64,000 bases of DNA from an uncultured Spirochaetales bacterium (GCA_964353555.1 CAYGWM010000004.1:330-64329), one strand, 5' to 3'. Positions 43,226 to 53,635 are shown, numbered from the stretch's first letter. Program-made: numbers and translations. The notes: generated from the letters alone by a model not told the origin.

Positions 43226-44321
43226 ACGGCGCTTCGCCCAGCACAACGAATGGTGGTTGATGGGCCTGATCGGGGTGCTGCTCGCGCTCGGGATCGCGAA
43301 TCTGATGTCGGCGACGCATCCCGAGTCCGAGTCGCTGCTGACGCCGACCGTGAAGCGACAGTGTTTCGCGTTGCTGCTCGGTCTGGTGGGTTTCGCCGGC
43401 GCGATCGCGATCGACTACCGCCGGCTCGAGCGCTGGGTGCCATTCCTCTACGTCGGCAGTCTCGGGCTACTGGTTGCGACGCTGGTGGTCGGAACGATGA
43501 CGCATGGAAACCAGAGCTGGCTCGTGTTCGGGCCGCTGCGACTGCAGCCCTCGGAGCTGGCGCGTGTCGCGATGATCCTGATGCTGGCACGCTACTTCCA
43601 TCGCAATCCGCCCAGCGAGGTGCGCCGGCTGCGGGATCTCTTTCTCCCCGGCTTGATCGCCGCCGCGACCGTGGGGCTGATCGTGCTCGGTCGTGACATG
43701 GGCGTCGCGCTGCTGACGCTCGCGGTCGCCGCCACCTACCTGATCTTCGTGCGGATCCCGATCCGCTCGTGGGCGATGGTCGCCGGCACCGCACTCGCGG
43801 TGCTCGCGATCGTCTGGGTCTTCGTGCTCGCGGACTATCAGAAGAGCCGCATCCTCGATGTCGCCGATCCCGGTCGCGATCCGCTCGCGTCGGGTTATCA
43901 GGCGAATCAGTCGCGAATCGCGATCGGCTCGGGCGGGCTCTTCGGCAAGGGCTACATGGAGGGTACGCAGACGCAGCTCCGCTTCCTCCCTACGCAGCAC
44001 ACCGATTTCATCTTCTCGGTGTTGGCGGAGGAATGGGGGCTGGTCGGCGCCGCCACCGTGCTGGTGCTCTACTTCTCGTTGCTGGTCTGGGGTCTCGTGA
44101 TTGCGGGCGGCTCCAAGGATCTGTTCGGCGCGCTGCTGGCCGTCGGCGTGGTGGGGATGCTGTTCTGGCCAGCCGTGGTGAACGTCTTGATGGTAGTCGG
44201 GTTGGCTCCGGTGATCGGTGTGCCGCTGCCGCTGTTCTCGTACGGCGGCTCTTCACTGCTCGGATCGCTGATCGCATTGGGCCTGCTCCTCAATGTGTCG
44301 CTGCGGCGCTACCTGTTCTGA
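43212..44321 (+). CDS. rodA: SEDS-family peptidoglycan polymerase RodA
   Basis: MARIERRFAQHNEWWLMGLIGVLLALG...QPSELARV...LPTQHTDFIFSVLAEEWG...GVPLPLFSYGGSS. Confidence 0.93.
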   Translation: MARIERRFAQHNEWWLMGLIGVLLALGIANLMSATHPESESLLTPTVKRQCFALLLGLVGFAGAIAIDYRRLERWVPFLYVGSLGLLVATLVVGTMTHGNQSWLVFGPLRLQPSELARVAMILMLARYFHRNPPSEVRRLRDLFLPGLIAAATVGLIVLGRDMGVALLTLAVAATYLIFVRIPIRSWAMVAGTALAVLAIVWVFVLADYQKSRILDVADPGRDPLASGYQANQSRIAIGSGGLFGKGYMEGTQTQLRFLPTQHTDFIFSVLAEEWGLVGAATVLVLYFSLLVWGLVIAGGSKDLFGALLAVGVVGMLFWPAVVNVLMVVGLAPVIGVPLPLFSYGGSSLLGSLIALGLLLNVSLRRYLF

Positions 44322-44324
44322 ACG

Positions 44325-45053
44325 ATGGTTCCGCCCACCCGCAAGCGCACGGCTCCTCGCATCGGCGCATTCTTCGACATGGACAAGACGCTGATCTCGG
44401 AGAACTCCGGCTCGCTGTACATGAAGTACCGCTACGAGCGCGGCGAGGTCGACGGCTGGGATCTCGCCAAGGGCCTCTTCGACTACCTGCGTTACAAGGC
44501 CGGCATTCTGGACATCCGCGCGTTCACGCAGCAGGCGATGCTCGAATTCCGCGGCCAGAGCGAACGCAAGCTGCTGCGCGAAGCGCGCGACTTCGTCGAG
44601 CAGGTGGTGGTGCCGACGGTCTACCCCGAAGCGATCGAGACACTGCGCTGGCACCAGAAGCAGGGGCACGTGGTCGCGATCGTTTCGGGCGCCACCAAAT
44701 TCGTGGTGCGTCCGGTCGCCGAGGCGCTCGGCATCAAGCACTACCTGTATACGCGTCTCGAGGTCGAGCACGGCCGCTTCACCGGCCGCGTCATCGACCC
44801 GCTCTGCTTCGAGGAAGGCAAGATCTACTGGCTGCAGCAGTTCATCGACGAGCGCGGCATCGATCTCGCGAAGAGCTGGTTCTACACCGACTCGGTCACC
44901 GACCTGCCGCTGATGGACCTGGTCGGCCACCCGGTCGCAGTGAACCCCGACCCGTTCCTGTTTCGCGCAGCAAGGCGGCGCCACTGGCCTGTGAAGTTCT
45001 ACGAACCCCCCGTCGCCGCCGCGCAGCGAGCCAAAGGCGAGCGAAGTCCATGA
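44325..45053 (+). CDS. HAD-superfamily subfamily IB hydrolase (SerB/PSPase-like)
   Basis: Motif I is FFDMDKTLI; the rest reads ...VSGATKFVV...YTDSVTDLPLM (motifs III/IV). The last roughly 12 codons are contributed by repeat copy A. Confidence 0.8.
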   Translation: MVPPTRKRTAPRIGAFFDMDKTLISENSGSLYMKYRYERGEVDGWDLAKGLFDYLRYKAGILDIRAFTQQAMLEFRGQSERKLLREARDFVEQVVVPTVYPEAIETLRWHQKQGHVVAIVSGATKFVVRPVAEALGIKHYLYTRLEVEHGRFTGRVIDPLCFEEGKIYWLQQFIDERGIDLAKSWFYTDSVTDLPLMDLVGHPVAVNPDPFLFRAARRRHWPVKFYEPPVAAAQRAKGERSP

Positions 45054-45055
45054 GG
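45017..45055. repeat. copy A of the dispersed GCGAGCCA-NN-GGCGAGC...GT(C/T)CAT(G/C)AGG repeat
   Basis: CGCCGCGCAGCGAGCCAaAGGCGAGCGAAGTcCATgAGG differs from 53636-53674 at only three positions. Confidence 0.65.
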
Positions 45056-45078
45056 GCGCGGTCGAGCTGGCAACACCC

Positions 45079-45405
45079 TCAAGCGGTCAGCTTCTTCGCC
45101 ATCTCCTCGTACACGGCCTTCGGTCGCGCGCTGGTGATCTGCTCGACGACCGTGCCGCCCTTGAACGCGAGAACAGTCGGGATCGCACGCACGCCGTAGC
45201 GCGCGGGCGTCGCCGGATTCTCGTCGACGTTCATCTTCACGACCTTCACCCGACCGCCGTAGCTCGCGGCAAGCTCCGCGATGATCGGCGCGATGGCGCG
45301 GCACGGCGCGCACCACTCGGCCCAGAAGTCCACGATCGTCGGCGTGTCCGAGTTCAGCACCTCGGTGTCGAAGTTCTGGTCGGTTACCTCTGCGACTGCT
45401 GCCAT
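45079..45405 (-). CDS. trxA: thioredoxin
   Basis: 108 aa; VDFWAEWCAPCRAIAP active site (WCxPC) and the typical ...GIRAIPTVLAFKGG. Confidence 0.95.
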   Translation of the reverse strand: MAAVAEVTDQNFDTEVLNSDTPTIVDFWAEWCAPCRAIAPIIAELAASYGGRVKVVKMNVDENPATPARYGVRAIPTVLAFKGGTVVEQITSARPKAVYEEMAKKLTA

Positions 45406-45881
45406 GGGTCGGTTCTCCTCGCGGGTTCGCGCTGGGTAGGTTTAGCGTGGGATGCGTTCGAGAGCCCCACTCGCGAATCGGGCGACGGCGCGTCCGGGTC
45501 TTGCTGGGATTCCGACCAGGCTCCGATGCCACCGCGCACGACCGAGACACGGGCGGCGCCGAGCCGGAGCAGTCGCGCGGCGAGCCGGCGTGCGGCCGCC
45601 TCGTCGTGGGCGATCACCAGGATCGGGCGCGCTTCGGCGAGCCACGCATTCGGTACCGACTCGCCGGGACCGAGCATCGCCGCCGCCCCGATGCGCGCGT
45701 CTGCGAACTCCGGGTCGCGCACCTGGACGAGCCGTGCTCGATCCTTTTCCAGCGAACGTGCCGCGGCCGAGACGTCGATCTCCGCAAAGCTGCGGCCGCC
45801 GCCGACGGCCGGACCGCCGGGGCCGCAAGAGGTCCCGCAGGCAAGAAAAAGGGCTGCAATGAGCGCCACGCGGACCGGCAC
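45384..45881 (-). CDS. rhodanese-homology-domain lipoprotein (active-site Cys replaced)
   Basis: A GTG at 45881 gives VPVRVALIAALFLACGTSC (lipobox-like). The rhodanese fold is ...RLVQVRDPEFA...PILVIAHDEAAARRLAARLLRLGAARVSVVRGGIGAW, with Ala where the catalytic Cys normally sits. The 3' end overlaps the trxA start by 22 nt. Confidence 0.65.
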   Translation of the reverse strand: MPVRVALIAALFLACGTSCGPGGPAVGGGRSFAEIDVSAAARSLEKDRARLVQVRDPEFADARIGAAAMLGPGESVPNAWLAEARPILVIAHDEAAARRLAARLLRLGAARVSVVRGGIGAWSESQQDPDAPSPDSRVGLSNASHAKPTQREPARRTDPWQQSQR

Positions 45882-46044
45882 GGGGCGCCAGCATAGCAGC
45901 GGAGATGGGGCGTCCGCGTTGACGCTCGACACCCTCGCCGGTATCTTTCGCGTCCTCGCATCCCCTCGGATTCTCGATGCTTTCAGGTTCCCAGCGAGGC
46001 TCCGCCGCCGTTCACTCTCCGCCGCCGCCCAGGTGGGAGGACCG

Positions 46045-46641
46045 ATGCCCGAAGACTCCGGCGACCCCGCAGCCCGCGTCCGCGCCATTTTCGAAGAGAG
46101 CGCGCGCGTGAAGCGTGCGCTGGCGGCCGAGTCGGCGGACGCGATCGTGCGCGGCGCCGAGCTGCTGGCCGCGTGCTTCCGCAGCGGCGGCAAGGCGTTG
46201 CTGTTCGGCAATGGCGGCTCGGCGGCCGACTCCCAGCACATCGCAGCCGAATGGTGCGGCCGACTCTCGCGCGAACGCATCGCGCTGCCGGCGATCGCGC
46301 TGACCGCGAACAGCTCCGACATCACCGCGCTCGGCAACGACTACGGCTTCGAGCGGGTCTTTGCACGCCTCATCGAGGCGCACGGTCGTCCGGGCGACAT
46401 CGCGATCGCAATCTCCACCTCGGGCAATTCGCCCAACGTGCTGGCGGCCGTCGACGAGGCGCGCGCGCGCGGGCTGCGCACGATCGCGTGGACCGGTCGC
46501 GGGGGCGGCAAGCTCGCGAGCCGGGTCGAGCTCGCGCTGATCGTGCCGTCGGACGACACCCAGCGGATCCAGGAATCGCACATCGCGATCGGCCACGCGC
46601 TGGCGGAGCTCGTGGACGACGCACTGTTCCCGAAGCCGTGA
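46045..46641 (+). CDS. gmhA: SIS-domain phosphoheptose isomerase
   Basis: Internal ATG of the track ORF. LLFGNGGSAADSQHIAAEW...LPAIALTANSSDITALGNDYGFERVF...ISTSGNSPNVL...RIQESHIAIGH closely follows the GmhA pattern. Confidence 0.85.
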   Translation: MPEDSGDPAARVRAIFEESARVKRALAAESADAIVRGAELLAACFRSGGKALLFGNGGSAADSQHIAAEWCGRLSRERIALPAIALTANSSDITALGNDYGFERVFARLIEAHGRPGDIAIAISTSGNSPNVLAAVDEARARGLRTIAWTGRGGGKLASRVELALIVPSDDTQRIQESHIAIGHALAELVDDALFPKP

Positions 46642-46651
46642 GCCGCACGTC

Positions 46652-47623
46652 GTGAGGAAGACGCCGCCGCGCATCGACCGGAGCCGCGTCCGCACCGTGC
46701 CGGCGCGACGTCGTCCGAGCAAGGTGCAGCTCCGCGCCGAAGCGCGCCCGCATGCGAAGGGCGCCTCGTTCGCTGCGTTTCTCGACGCGCTGCCGGACCT
46801 GCTGGGCGCGCGCGATCTGCGCGACGCGATCGCCGCCGCCGCGCGTGCCCGCACGCGCGGTCGCCCGATCCTGTGGGGATTCGGTGCGCACGTGATCAAG
46901 GTCGGCCTCGCGCCGATCGTCGTCGATCTACTTGAACGCGGTTTCGTGTCGGGCATCCTGATGAACGGCGCCGGCTGCGTGCACGACCTCGAGTTGGCGA
47001 TGATGGGCGCCACCTCGGAAGACGTCGCCCCCGCGCTCGATGACGGCAGCTTTGGCATGGCGCGCGAAACCGCCGAGCGGCTGAACGCGGCGATCGCGTC
47101 GGGCGCAGCCGACGGGATCGGCATGGGCGCCGCAATCGGCCGCGAGATCGCGCAAGGTCGCTATCCGCACCAACAGCGCTCGATCCTCGCGACCGCGTCG
47201 CGACTCGGTGTGCCCGTCACCGTGCACGTCGCGATCGGGACCGACATCCACCACATGCACGCGAGCGCGGACGGCGCCGCGCTCGGCGCCACCAGCCATC
47301 GCGACTTCGAGACGCTGACGGGCCTCGTTGCGATGCTCGAGGGTGGCGTGTACTTCAACGTCGGATCCGCGGTGATCCTGCCCGAGGTGTTCTTGAAGGC
47401 GATCGCGCTGGCGCGCAATCTCGGCCACCGCGTCGAGCGCTTGACGACGGTGAACCTCGACTTCATCCGCCAATACCGGCCGACGGTGAACGTCGTCGAA
47501 CGGCCGACGCGGCTGGGCGGTCGCGGCATCTCGCTGATCGGCCAACATGAGATCCTGGTTCCGCTGCTCGCCGCCGGGCTCGTCGAGTCCGACACCACGA
47601 AGAAGCGAAGGGGCACGCGATGA
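46652..47623 (+). CDS. conserved protein with deoxyhypusine-synthase-like (DHS-like NAD-binding fold) features
   Basis: ILWGFGAHVIKVGLAPIVVDLLERGFVSGILMNGAGCVHDLELAM, VPVTVHVAIGTDIHHM and VYFNVGSAVILPEVF parallel, by eye, the DHS blocks ...MVDVLVTTAGGVEEDLIK, IPVFSPALTDGSLGDM and MIILGGGVVKHHI. This was not verified by any search. Confidence 0.45.
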   Translation: MRKTPPRIDRSRVRTVPARRRPSKVQLRAEARPHAKGASFAAFLDALPDLLGARDLRDAIAAAARARTRGRPILWGFGAHVIKVGLAPIVVDLLERGFVSGILMNGAGCVHDLELAMMGATSEDVAPALDDGSFGMARETAERLNAAIASGAADGIGMGAAIGREIAQGRYPHQQRSILATASRLGVPVTVHVAIGTDIHHMHASADGAALGATSHRDFETLTGLVAMLEGGVYFNVGSAVILPEVFLKAIALARNLGHRVERLTTVNLDFIRQYRPTVNVVERPTRLGGRGISLIGQHEILVPLLAAGLVESDTTKKRRGTR

Positions 47624-48000
47624 GCGGCCGCATCGTGATCCGCGAAGGCGCGCTCGAGGATGAGTCGGCCGACCTGGTCGTGCCGGCGACCTCGCTGCCC
47701 GAAGGCGCGGATCCCGAGCAGCGCGTGCGCGCTTGCTTCCGCGCCAGTCTCGACGCGGCACGCGAGCACGGCTGTCGCAGTGTTGCGGCGCCCGCACTCG
47801 GCGCCGTGCGCGGCGGACTCTCGCTGCAGCGCAGTGCCGAGATTCTGATCGAGGAGGCGCGCCGCCATTTCGCCGGCAAGACGGGCATCGAAGAGATCCG
47901 CTTCGTGCTCGACGGCGAGCCGAGCTACCGCGTCTTCGAGTCCGTGCAGGACGCCGCTCGCGTGGCCGAGCAGATGGAGCGCTTGCGCCAGCGTTCGTGA
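47620..48000 (+). CDS. small macro-domain-like protein (126 aa, central loops missing)
   Basis: ATGA overlap with the upstream gene. IVIREGALEDESADLVVPATS resembles the macro N-terminal strand/loop. GCRSVAAPALGAVRGGLSLQRSAEILIEEA resembles the SIAFPAISTGVYG block. The roughly 60 aa normally between them are absent. Confidence 0.35.
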   Translation: MSGRIVIREGALEDESADLVVPATSLPEGADPEQRVRACFRASLDAAREHGCRSVAAPALGAVRGGLSLQRSAEILIEEARRHFAGKTGIEEIRFVLDGEPSYRVFESVQDAARVAEQMERLRQRS

Positions 48001-48022
48001 CGCCCGGGTCGCTGGGCCTATC

Positions 48023-48844
48023 TTGAGATCGCGCGGAGACGAAACGCCTTTGACAGTCGAACTGTTCCACAGTACCGCGGCCTTGTATCTGCTCGCCGGA
48101 CTCGCGGGAGTGCTCGGCATCGCGCTGCCCAAGGCGCGCTTCGGGCGCGCCGTGCCGTGGCTGCTGGCGGCCGGCGCGACGCTGCACGGCATCGCGTTGG
48201 CAAGACTCCACACGCTGCCGAATCCGCCTCAATTGACGGATACGCCTTCGGCGATCTCGCTGGCGGCATGGCTGGCAGTGATCGTCAGCCTGCTGCTGCT
48301 GCGCAGCGGGCGACTCGAAGGGCTCGCGGTGCTGGTGTCGCCGCTCGCGTTCCTCAGCGTCTTCTACGGGAGCCTCACGCTGTACGGGAACGCACCCGCG
48401 GCAGCGTCCGAAGCCGGATCGTGGCCGCACCTGCACGTGATCTTCGCCAGCGCCGGCCTGGCACTGCTCGGCGTCGCAGGACTCGCCGGCATGCTCTTCC
48501 TCGCCGAAGACCGTGCGCTGAAGGCCAAGCGGGCGCCGTCGCTGCGGCGGGGTCTGCCGTCGCTCGAAGCGCTCGATCGCGTGAACGCGATGACGCTCGC
48601 CGCCGGTTTCCCGCTGCTCAGCTGCGGCGTCGTCGCCGGCATGTTGTGGACACAGGGCGAGACGGGACACCTTTTCGTCGGCGGTGCCCACGCGGTGTGG
48701 TCGTTGATCGCCTGGGCGATCTACCTGGCGCTCGTCATCGCGCGTTTCGTCGCCGGACGGCGCGGTCGCGAAGCAGCGGCTTGCGCGGCGGTCGGCTTCG
48801 CGTTCCTGCTCTTCGTCGTGATCGGCGTCGGAGCCGTCGTGTGA
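48023..48844 (+). CDS. cytochrome c assembly family membrane protein (CcsA/HemX-like) heading the hem cluster
   Basis: Eight-helix hydrophobic protein with a Trp-containing segment (GMLWTQGETGHLFVGGAHAVWSLIAWAIY). Its stop overlaps the hemA GTG, as in hemA-associated ccsA-like genes. The start is uncertain. Confidence 0.65.
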   Translation: MRSRGDETPLTVELFHSTAALYLLAGLAGVLGIALPKARFGRAVPWLLAAGATLHGIALARLHTLPNPPQLTDTPSAISLAAWLAVIVSLLLLRSGRLEGLAVLVSPLAFLSVFYGSLTLYGNAPAAASEAGSWPHLHVIFASAGLALLGVAGLAGMLFLAEDRALKAKRAPSLRRGLPSLEALDRVNAMTLAAGFPLLSCGVVAGMLWTQGETGHLFVGGAHAVWSLIAWAIYLALVIARFVAGRRGREAAACAAVGFAFLLFVVIGVGAVV

Positions 48845-50181
48845 AGATCCTGCTGGTCGGCATGAACCATCGCACCGCACCGGTCGAGGTGCGCGAGCGC
48901 TTCGCGGTCGGCGACCCGCTGCCGTGGCTCGCAAAGCTCGTGGATTCGCCCGAGATCGACGAGGCGGTGCTCGTCTCGACCTGCAACCGCGTCGAGGTGA
49001 TCGCCGCGGCCCAGAGCCTCGACGCGGGCCGGCACCGCTTGCGCTCGTTCTTCCACCGCGAGCTCGGGCAAGCGGCGCCGTTGCCGCAACACCGCTCGGA
49101 GAGCGCGGTCCTCTACGAGCACGTCGACAGCGACGCGGTGCGCCATCTGTTCCGCGTCGCCGCGTCGATCGACTCGCTGGTCGTGGGCGAGCCGCAGATC
49201 CTCGGTCAGGTGAAGGAGGCGTACCGGGTCGCGGCGGAAGGCGGCGTCTGCGGTCCGCTGCTGAATCGCCTGTTTGCGAGCGCGTTCGCTTCCGCCAAGC
49301 GCGTGCGCAGCGAAACGCAGATCGCATTGCGACCGGTCTCGATGGCGCGCGTCGCCGTCGATCTCGCCCGCCAGATCTTCGAGACGCTCGAAGACAAGCA
49401 CGCGCTGCTGGTGGGCGCGGGCGACATGATCGAAGCGGCGCTGGTCGCGCTGCGCGGCGCCGGGCTCGCCGGCGTCTCGGTCGTGAACCGCACGCCCGAA
49501 CGCGCCAGCGAACTCGCGGCGCGTTTCGGCGCCAGCGCCCACGGCCTCGACGAGCTGCCGCGCTTGCTCGCCGCGTCGGACGTGGTGCTCACGTCGATCG
49601 GCGTCGATCGCCCGCTGCTCGACGCGCCGCTCTTCGAGGAGGCGCTGCGCGCGCGGCGGCGGCGGCCGATCTTCGCGATCGACCTCGGCGTGCCGCGCAA
49701 CATCGACCCCGCCGTGAACCAGCTCGACGACGTCTATCTCTACGACGTCGACGACCTCGGCGGCGTCGCGGAAGCCAACGCCGAAGAGCGACGCCGGGAG
49801 ACTCTGCGCGCCGAAGCGATCGTGCAGGAAGAGGTCGAGCGCTGGAGCGGCTGGCTCTCGGCGCTGCACGCGGTACCGACGATCCGGCGGCTGCGCGCGC
49901 GCGCCGAGTCGATCCGCCAGGGCGAGCTCGACAAGGTTGCGGTGAAGCTCGGTCTCGACGAAACGCAGCAACGCGGCGTCGAGGCGCTGACGCGCGCCGT
50001 CGTGAACAAGCTGCTGCACGCGCCGGTCTCGCGGTTGCGCGAACAAGCCGAGCGCGAGGGTGGTCTCGCATACCTCGAAGCCGCAAAGGTGCTCTTTGCG
50101 CTCGACGATCCCAGCGCTCCGGGTGCCGACGCGGACCTGGTCGCGGACGAGGCACGCGGCGATGACGAGTCGTCGTCGTGA
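48841..50181 (+). CDS. hemA: glutamyl-tRNA reductase
   Basis: GTG overlaps the upstream stop. VKILLVGMNHRTAPVEVRERFAV...LVSTCNRVEV (catalytic Cys) ...VVGEPQILGQVK...LLVGAGDMIE. Confidence 0.95.
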   Translation: MKILLVGMNHRTAPVEVRERFAVGDPLPWLAKLVDSPEIDEAVLVSTCNRVEVIAAAQSLDAGRHRLRSFFHRELGQAAPLPQHRSESAVLYEHVDSDAVRHLFRVAASIDSLVVGEPQILGQVKEAYRVAAEGGVCGPLLNRLFASAFASAKRVRSETQIALRPVSMARVAVDLARQIFETLEDKHALLVGAGDMIEAALVALRGAGLAGVSVVNRTPERASELAARFGASAHGLDELPRLLAASDVVLTSIGVDRPLLDAPLFEEALRARRRRPIFAIDLGVPRNIDPAVNQLDDVYLYDVDDLGGVAEANAEERRRETLRAEAIVQEEVERWSGWLSALHAVPTIRRLRARAESIRQGELDKVAVKLGLDETQQRGVEALTRAVVNKLLHAPVSRLREQAEREGGLAYLEAAKVLFALDDPSAPGADADLVADEARGDDESSS

Positions 50182-51104
50182 AGCGTTTGCGCCTCGCGAC
50201 GCGCGGATCTCAGCTTGCGCTGGCGCAGTCCGGTTGGGTCGCGCGACGTGTGGAAGCGAAGCTCGGCATCGCGGTCGAGCTGGTGACGGTGCGCACCAGC
50301 GGTGACCGCCTCGCCGATGTGTCGCTCGCGAAGATCGGCGGCAAGGGTCTCTTCGTCAAAGAGATCGAGGAGGCGCTGCAGCAAGCTCGCGCCGATCTCG
50401 CCGTGCACAGCGCGAAGGATCTGCCCGCGCGGATTGCCGAAGGCCTGGTGCTTGCCGCCTTCCCGGAACGCGGCGATGCGCGCGACGCGTTGGTGGCGCG
50501 CGAGGCGGGCTGGCATCTGCTCGGGCTGCCACACGGTGCGCGCGTCGGCACCGGCAGCGCGCGTCGTCGCGCACAACTCTGCGCGCTGCGACCCGACCTC
50601 GAAGTCGTCGCGCTGCGCGGCAACGTCACGACCCGACTCGAGCGTCTGACCGAACAGCGCTTCGACGCGGTGATCCTCGCCTGTGCGGGCCTCGATCGCC
50701 TCGATCTCGGCGGGCGGATCCACGAGCGCGTGTCCGCCGATCTGATGCTTCCCGCGGTGGGGCAGGGCGTGCTCGCGATCGAAGCGCGGTCCGGCGAAGC
50801 GCTCGCGGCCGATCTCGGCGCGCTCAGCGATCCGCCGACCGCGCGCGCGATCGCTGCGGAGCGCGCGTTCCTGGCGCGCCTCGAAGGCGACTGCAACGTG
50901 CCGCTTGCGGCGTTCGCAGAGCCGCAGCGCGACGGCACGCTGCGGCTGCGCGGGATGGTGCTCAGCGCGGACGGTGCACGGGTTGCGCAGCTCGAGGCGC
51001 GGGGCGCGGATCCTGTGGCGCTCGGCATTGCCGTCGCGGAAGCGGTGCTCGCGAAGGGTGGCGCCGAGATCCTCGCCGAACTGCGTCGCGAAGTGGCGTC
51101 GTGA
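50178..51104 (+). CDS. hemC: hydroxymethylbilane synthase (porphobilinogen deaminase)
   Basis: LRLATRGSQLALAQ...GGKGLFVKEIE...DLAVHSAKDLP...RGNVTTRL...EGDCNVPLAA. Confidence 0.95.
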   Translation: MKRLRLATRGSQLALAQSGWVARRVEAKLGIAVELVTVRTSGDRLADVSLAKIGGKGLFVKEIEEALQQARADLAVHSAKDLPARIAEGLVLAAFPERGDARDALVAREAGWHLLGLPHGARVGTGSARRRAQLCALRPDLEVVALRGNVTTRLERLTEQRFDAVILACAGLDRLDLGGRIHERVSADLMLPAVGQGVLAIEARSGEALAADLGALSDPPTARAIAAERAFLARLEGDCNVPLAAFAEPQRDGTLRLRGMVLSADGARVAQLEARGADPVALGIAVAEAVLAKGGAEILAELRREVAS

Positions 51105-52651
51105 GCGACGCGCCGCGCGGCCGCGTGCTGCTCGTCGGCGCCGGTCCCGGCGATCCCGACCTGATCACACTGCGCGGCGCCGAAGCGTTGCGCCGCGCCG
51201 ACGTCGTCGTCTACGACTCGCTGGTGGCGCGCGAACTGCTCGACCTCGCGCCCGCCCATGCCGAGCGCATCGACGTCGGCAAGCGCAGTCACGACAGTCT
51301 CGTCAGCACGCAACAGGCGATCAACGAGCTGCTGATCCTGCACGCGCGTGCGGGCCAACTGGTGGTGCGCCTCAAGGGCGGCGATCCATTCGTGTTTGGT
51401 CGCGGCGGCGAGGAGGCGAGCGCGTGTCGCGAAGCCGGCGTGCCGTTCGAAGTCGTGCCGGGTGTCACGTCGGCGCTCGCCGCGCCGGCGTTCGCCGGCA
51501 TTCCGGTGACGGACCGGCGTTACGCGGGCTCGGTCGCCGTCGTCACCGGACACCGCGATCCGGGCCGCCCGTGGACGTCGATCCGCTGGGACAAGATCGC
51601 GACTGGCGCCGATACGCTCGTCGTGGTGATGGGCATGCGCAACCTCGAGAAGATCGTCGAAGCGCTGCTCGAACACGGACGCGCGCCCGAGACGCCCGCC
51701 GCCGTCGTGATGGAAGGCGGAACGCCGCGCCAACGCGTCGTCGAGGCGCCGCTTGCCGAGCTGGCGTTGCGCGTTCGCGAGGCGGAAATGACGGCGCCTG
51801 CGGTGATCGTGGTGGGCGACGTCGTGCGACTGCGCGCGCAGCTCGCCTGGTGGGAGTCCGGGCCGCTCTTCGGCAAGCGCGTGCTGGTGACGCGCGCGGC
51901 GGATCAGGCGGCCGATCTGGTCGCCGTATTGCGCGAGATGGGTGCGGAACCGTGCTGCGTTCCGATGACCGAGACGAAGGTTTTCGAGGACGAGCGCTTC
52001 GCCGCGGCGCTGCGTGCGCTCGATCAATACGACGCGATCGTCTTCACCAGCGCCAACGCGGTGCGCGCGCTCGGCGAGCGACTCGTCGCACACGGCCGGC
52101 CGCCCGCGCAGTTGCGCACGCGCGTGCTGTGCGTCGGCCCCGGCACCGCCAGCGCGGCGCGTCGCGCGGGCTTCGCGGCGCCGGAAGTGCCTGCCTCGCG
52201 CTACGACGCCGAGTCGCTTGCGCAAGCCGTGCGCGACGTGCTGCCGCCCGCCGGTCGCCGCTTGCTGTTCCCGTGCGGATCGCTCTCGCGACCGACGTTG
52301 CCGCAGAGCCTGCGCGAGGCCGGTGCGCGCGTCGACGAAGTGATCGTGTATGCGACCGCGCCGGCAGAGGTGGACGTCGCGCAGCTGCGCACCGCGCTGG
52401 TGGCGGGCGAAGTCGATGCGCTCACCTTCGCGAGCCCTTCGGCAGTGCGTCGCTTTGCCGCGTGTCTCGATGAGGCGTCGCGTGCGGCGGCGTCGCGCGC
52501 GGTCGTCGCGGCGATCGGCACGGTGACGGCGGAGGCGCTCGGCGAGGTCGGCCTGCCGGCGCAAGTGATTCCCGAGCGCGCCGGTGCGCGCGCGCTGGTC
52601 GAAGCGCTCGCCCGCCACTTTGCGGCGCGCGTGCGAGGAGTGGAGGCATGA
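51101..52651 (+). CDS. cobA: bifunctional uroporphyrinogen-III C-methyltransferase / uroporphyrinogen-III synthase
   Basis: The N-terminal SUMT domain is [33 protein letters not shown]...[16 protein letters not shown]. The C-terminal HemD domain is [16 protein letters not shown]...[11 protein letters not shown]...[10 protein letters not shown]. Confidence 0.9.
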   Translation: MSDAPRGRVLLVGAGPGDPDLITLRGAEALRRADVVVYDSLVARELLDLAPAHAERIDVGKRSHDSLVSTQQAINELLILHARAGQLVVRLKGGDPFVFGRGGEEASACREAGVPFEVVPGVTSALAAPAFAGIPVTDRRYAGSVAVVTGHRDPGRPWTSIRWDKIATGADTLVVVMGMRNLEKIVEALLEHGRAPETPAAVVMEGGTPRQRVVEAPLAELALRVREAEMTAPAVIVVGDVVRLRAQLAWWESGPLFGKRVLVTRAADQAADLVAVLREMGAEPCCVPMTETKVFEDERFAAALRALDQYDAIVFTSANAVRALGERLVAHGRPPAQLRTRVLCVGPGTASAARRAGFAAPEVPASRYDAESLAQAVRDVLPPAGRRLLFPCGSLSRPTLPQSLREAGARVDEVIVYATAPAEVDVAQLRTALVAGEVDALTFASPSAVRRFAACLDEASRAAASRAVVAAIGTVTAEALGEVGLPAQVIPERAGARALVEALARHFAARVRGVEA

Positions 52652-53622
52652 GTTTTCCGACGGTGCGGATGCGGCGGATGCGACGCAGCGACGCGTTGCG
52701 GCGATTGGTCCGCGAGACGCGCCTTTCGCGCGACGACCTGGTTCTCCCGCTCTTTGCGGTGCCCGGCAGCGGCGTGCGCGAGGCCGTCACTTCGATGCCA
52801 GGCGTGTTCCGGCTCTCGGCCGACCAGATCGCGGAGGAGGCGAAGGCCGTCGCGGATCTCGGCATTCCCGCGGTCATCCTGTTCGGGATTCCCGAACAGA
52901 AGGACGCGCGCGGCTCGGGCGCCGACGCCGCCGATGGAATCGTGCAGCGCGCGATTGTTGCAGCGAAGCGCGCCACGCCGGAGCTGTGCGTGATCACCGA
53001 CGTGTGCCTCTGCGAGTACACCGATCACGGACACTGCGGTCTGCTCGACGGTGAGGAAGTCGCCAACGATCCGAGCCTCGAACGGCTCGCCGCCACAGCG
53101 CTCTCGCACGCACGCGCCGGCGCCGACATCGTGGCGCCCTCGGACATGATGGACGGCCGCGTCGCCGCGATCAGGGCAAAGCTCGACGCCGCGCACTTCC
53201 AGTCGATCCCGATCCTCGCGTATGCCGCGAAGTACGCGAGCGCGTTCTACGGCCCGTTCCGCGAAGCCGCCGAGAGCACGCCCGCGTTCGGCGATCGCCG
53301 CGGCTACCAGATGGATCCGCCCAACCAGCGCGAGGCGCTGCGCGAGATGCAGCTCGATCTCGACGAGGGCGCCGACATGCTGATGGTGAAGCCCGCGATC
53401 CCGTATCTCGACGTGCTCGCTGAAGCGCGCCGGCGCTTCGACGTCCCGCTCGCCGCCTATCACGTGTCCGGCGAGTACGCGATGCTGATGGCCGCCGCCG
53501 AACGCGGCTGGCTCGATGGCCCGCGCGCGATGCTGGAGTCGCTCGTTGCGATCAAGCGCGCCGGTGCGGATTTCATCTTGACCTACGCAGCCAAGGACAT
53601 CGCGGCGCGCCTCGCGTCGTGA
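52648..53622 (+). CDS. hemB: porphobilinogen synthase (delta-aminolevulinate dehydratase)
   Basis: [20 protein letters not shown]...[14 protein letters not shown]...[10 protein letters not shown]...[13 protein letters not shown]...[10 protein letters not shown]. Confidence 0.96.
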   Translation: MSFPTVRMRRMRRSDALRRLVRETRLSRDDLVLPLFAVPGSGVREAVTSMPGVFRLSADQIAEEAKAVADLGIPAVILFGIPEQKDARGSGADAADGIVQRAIVAAKRATPELCVITDVCLCEYTDHGHCGLLDGEEVANDPSLERLAATALSHARAGADIVAPSDMMDGRVAAIRAKLDAAHFQSIPILAYAAKYASAFYGPFREAAESTPAFGDRRGYQMDPPNQREALREMQLDLDEGADMLMVKPAIPYLDVLAEARRRFDVPLAAYHVSGEYAMLMAAAERGWLDGPRAMLESLVAIKRAGADFILTYAAKDIAARLAS

Positions 53623-53635
53623 AAGGCGCTCCTGG

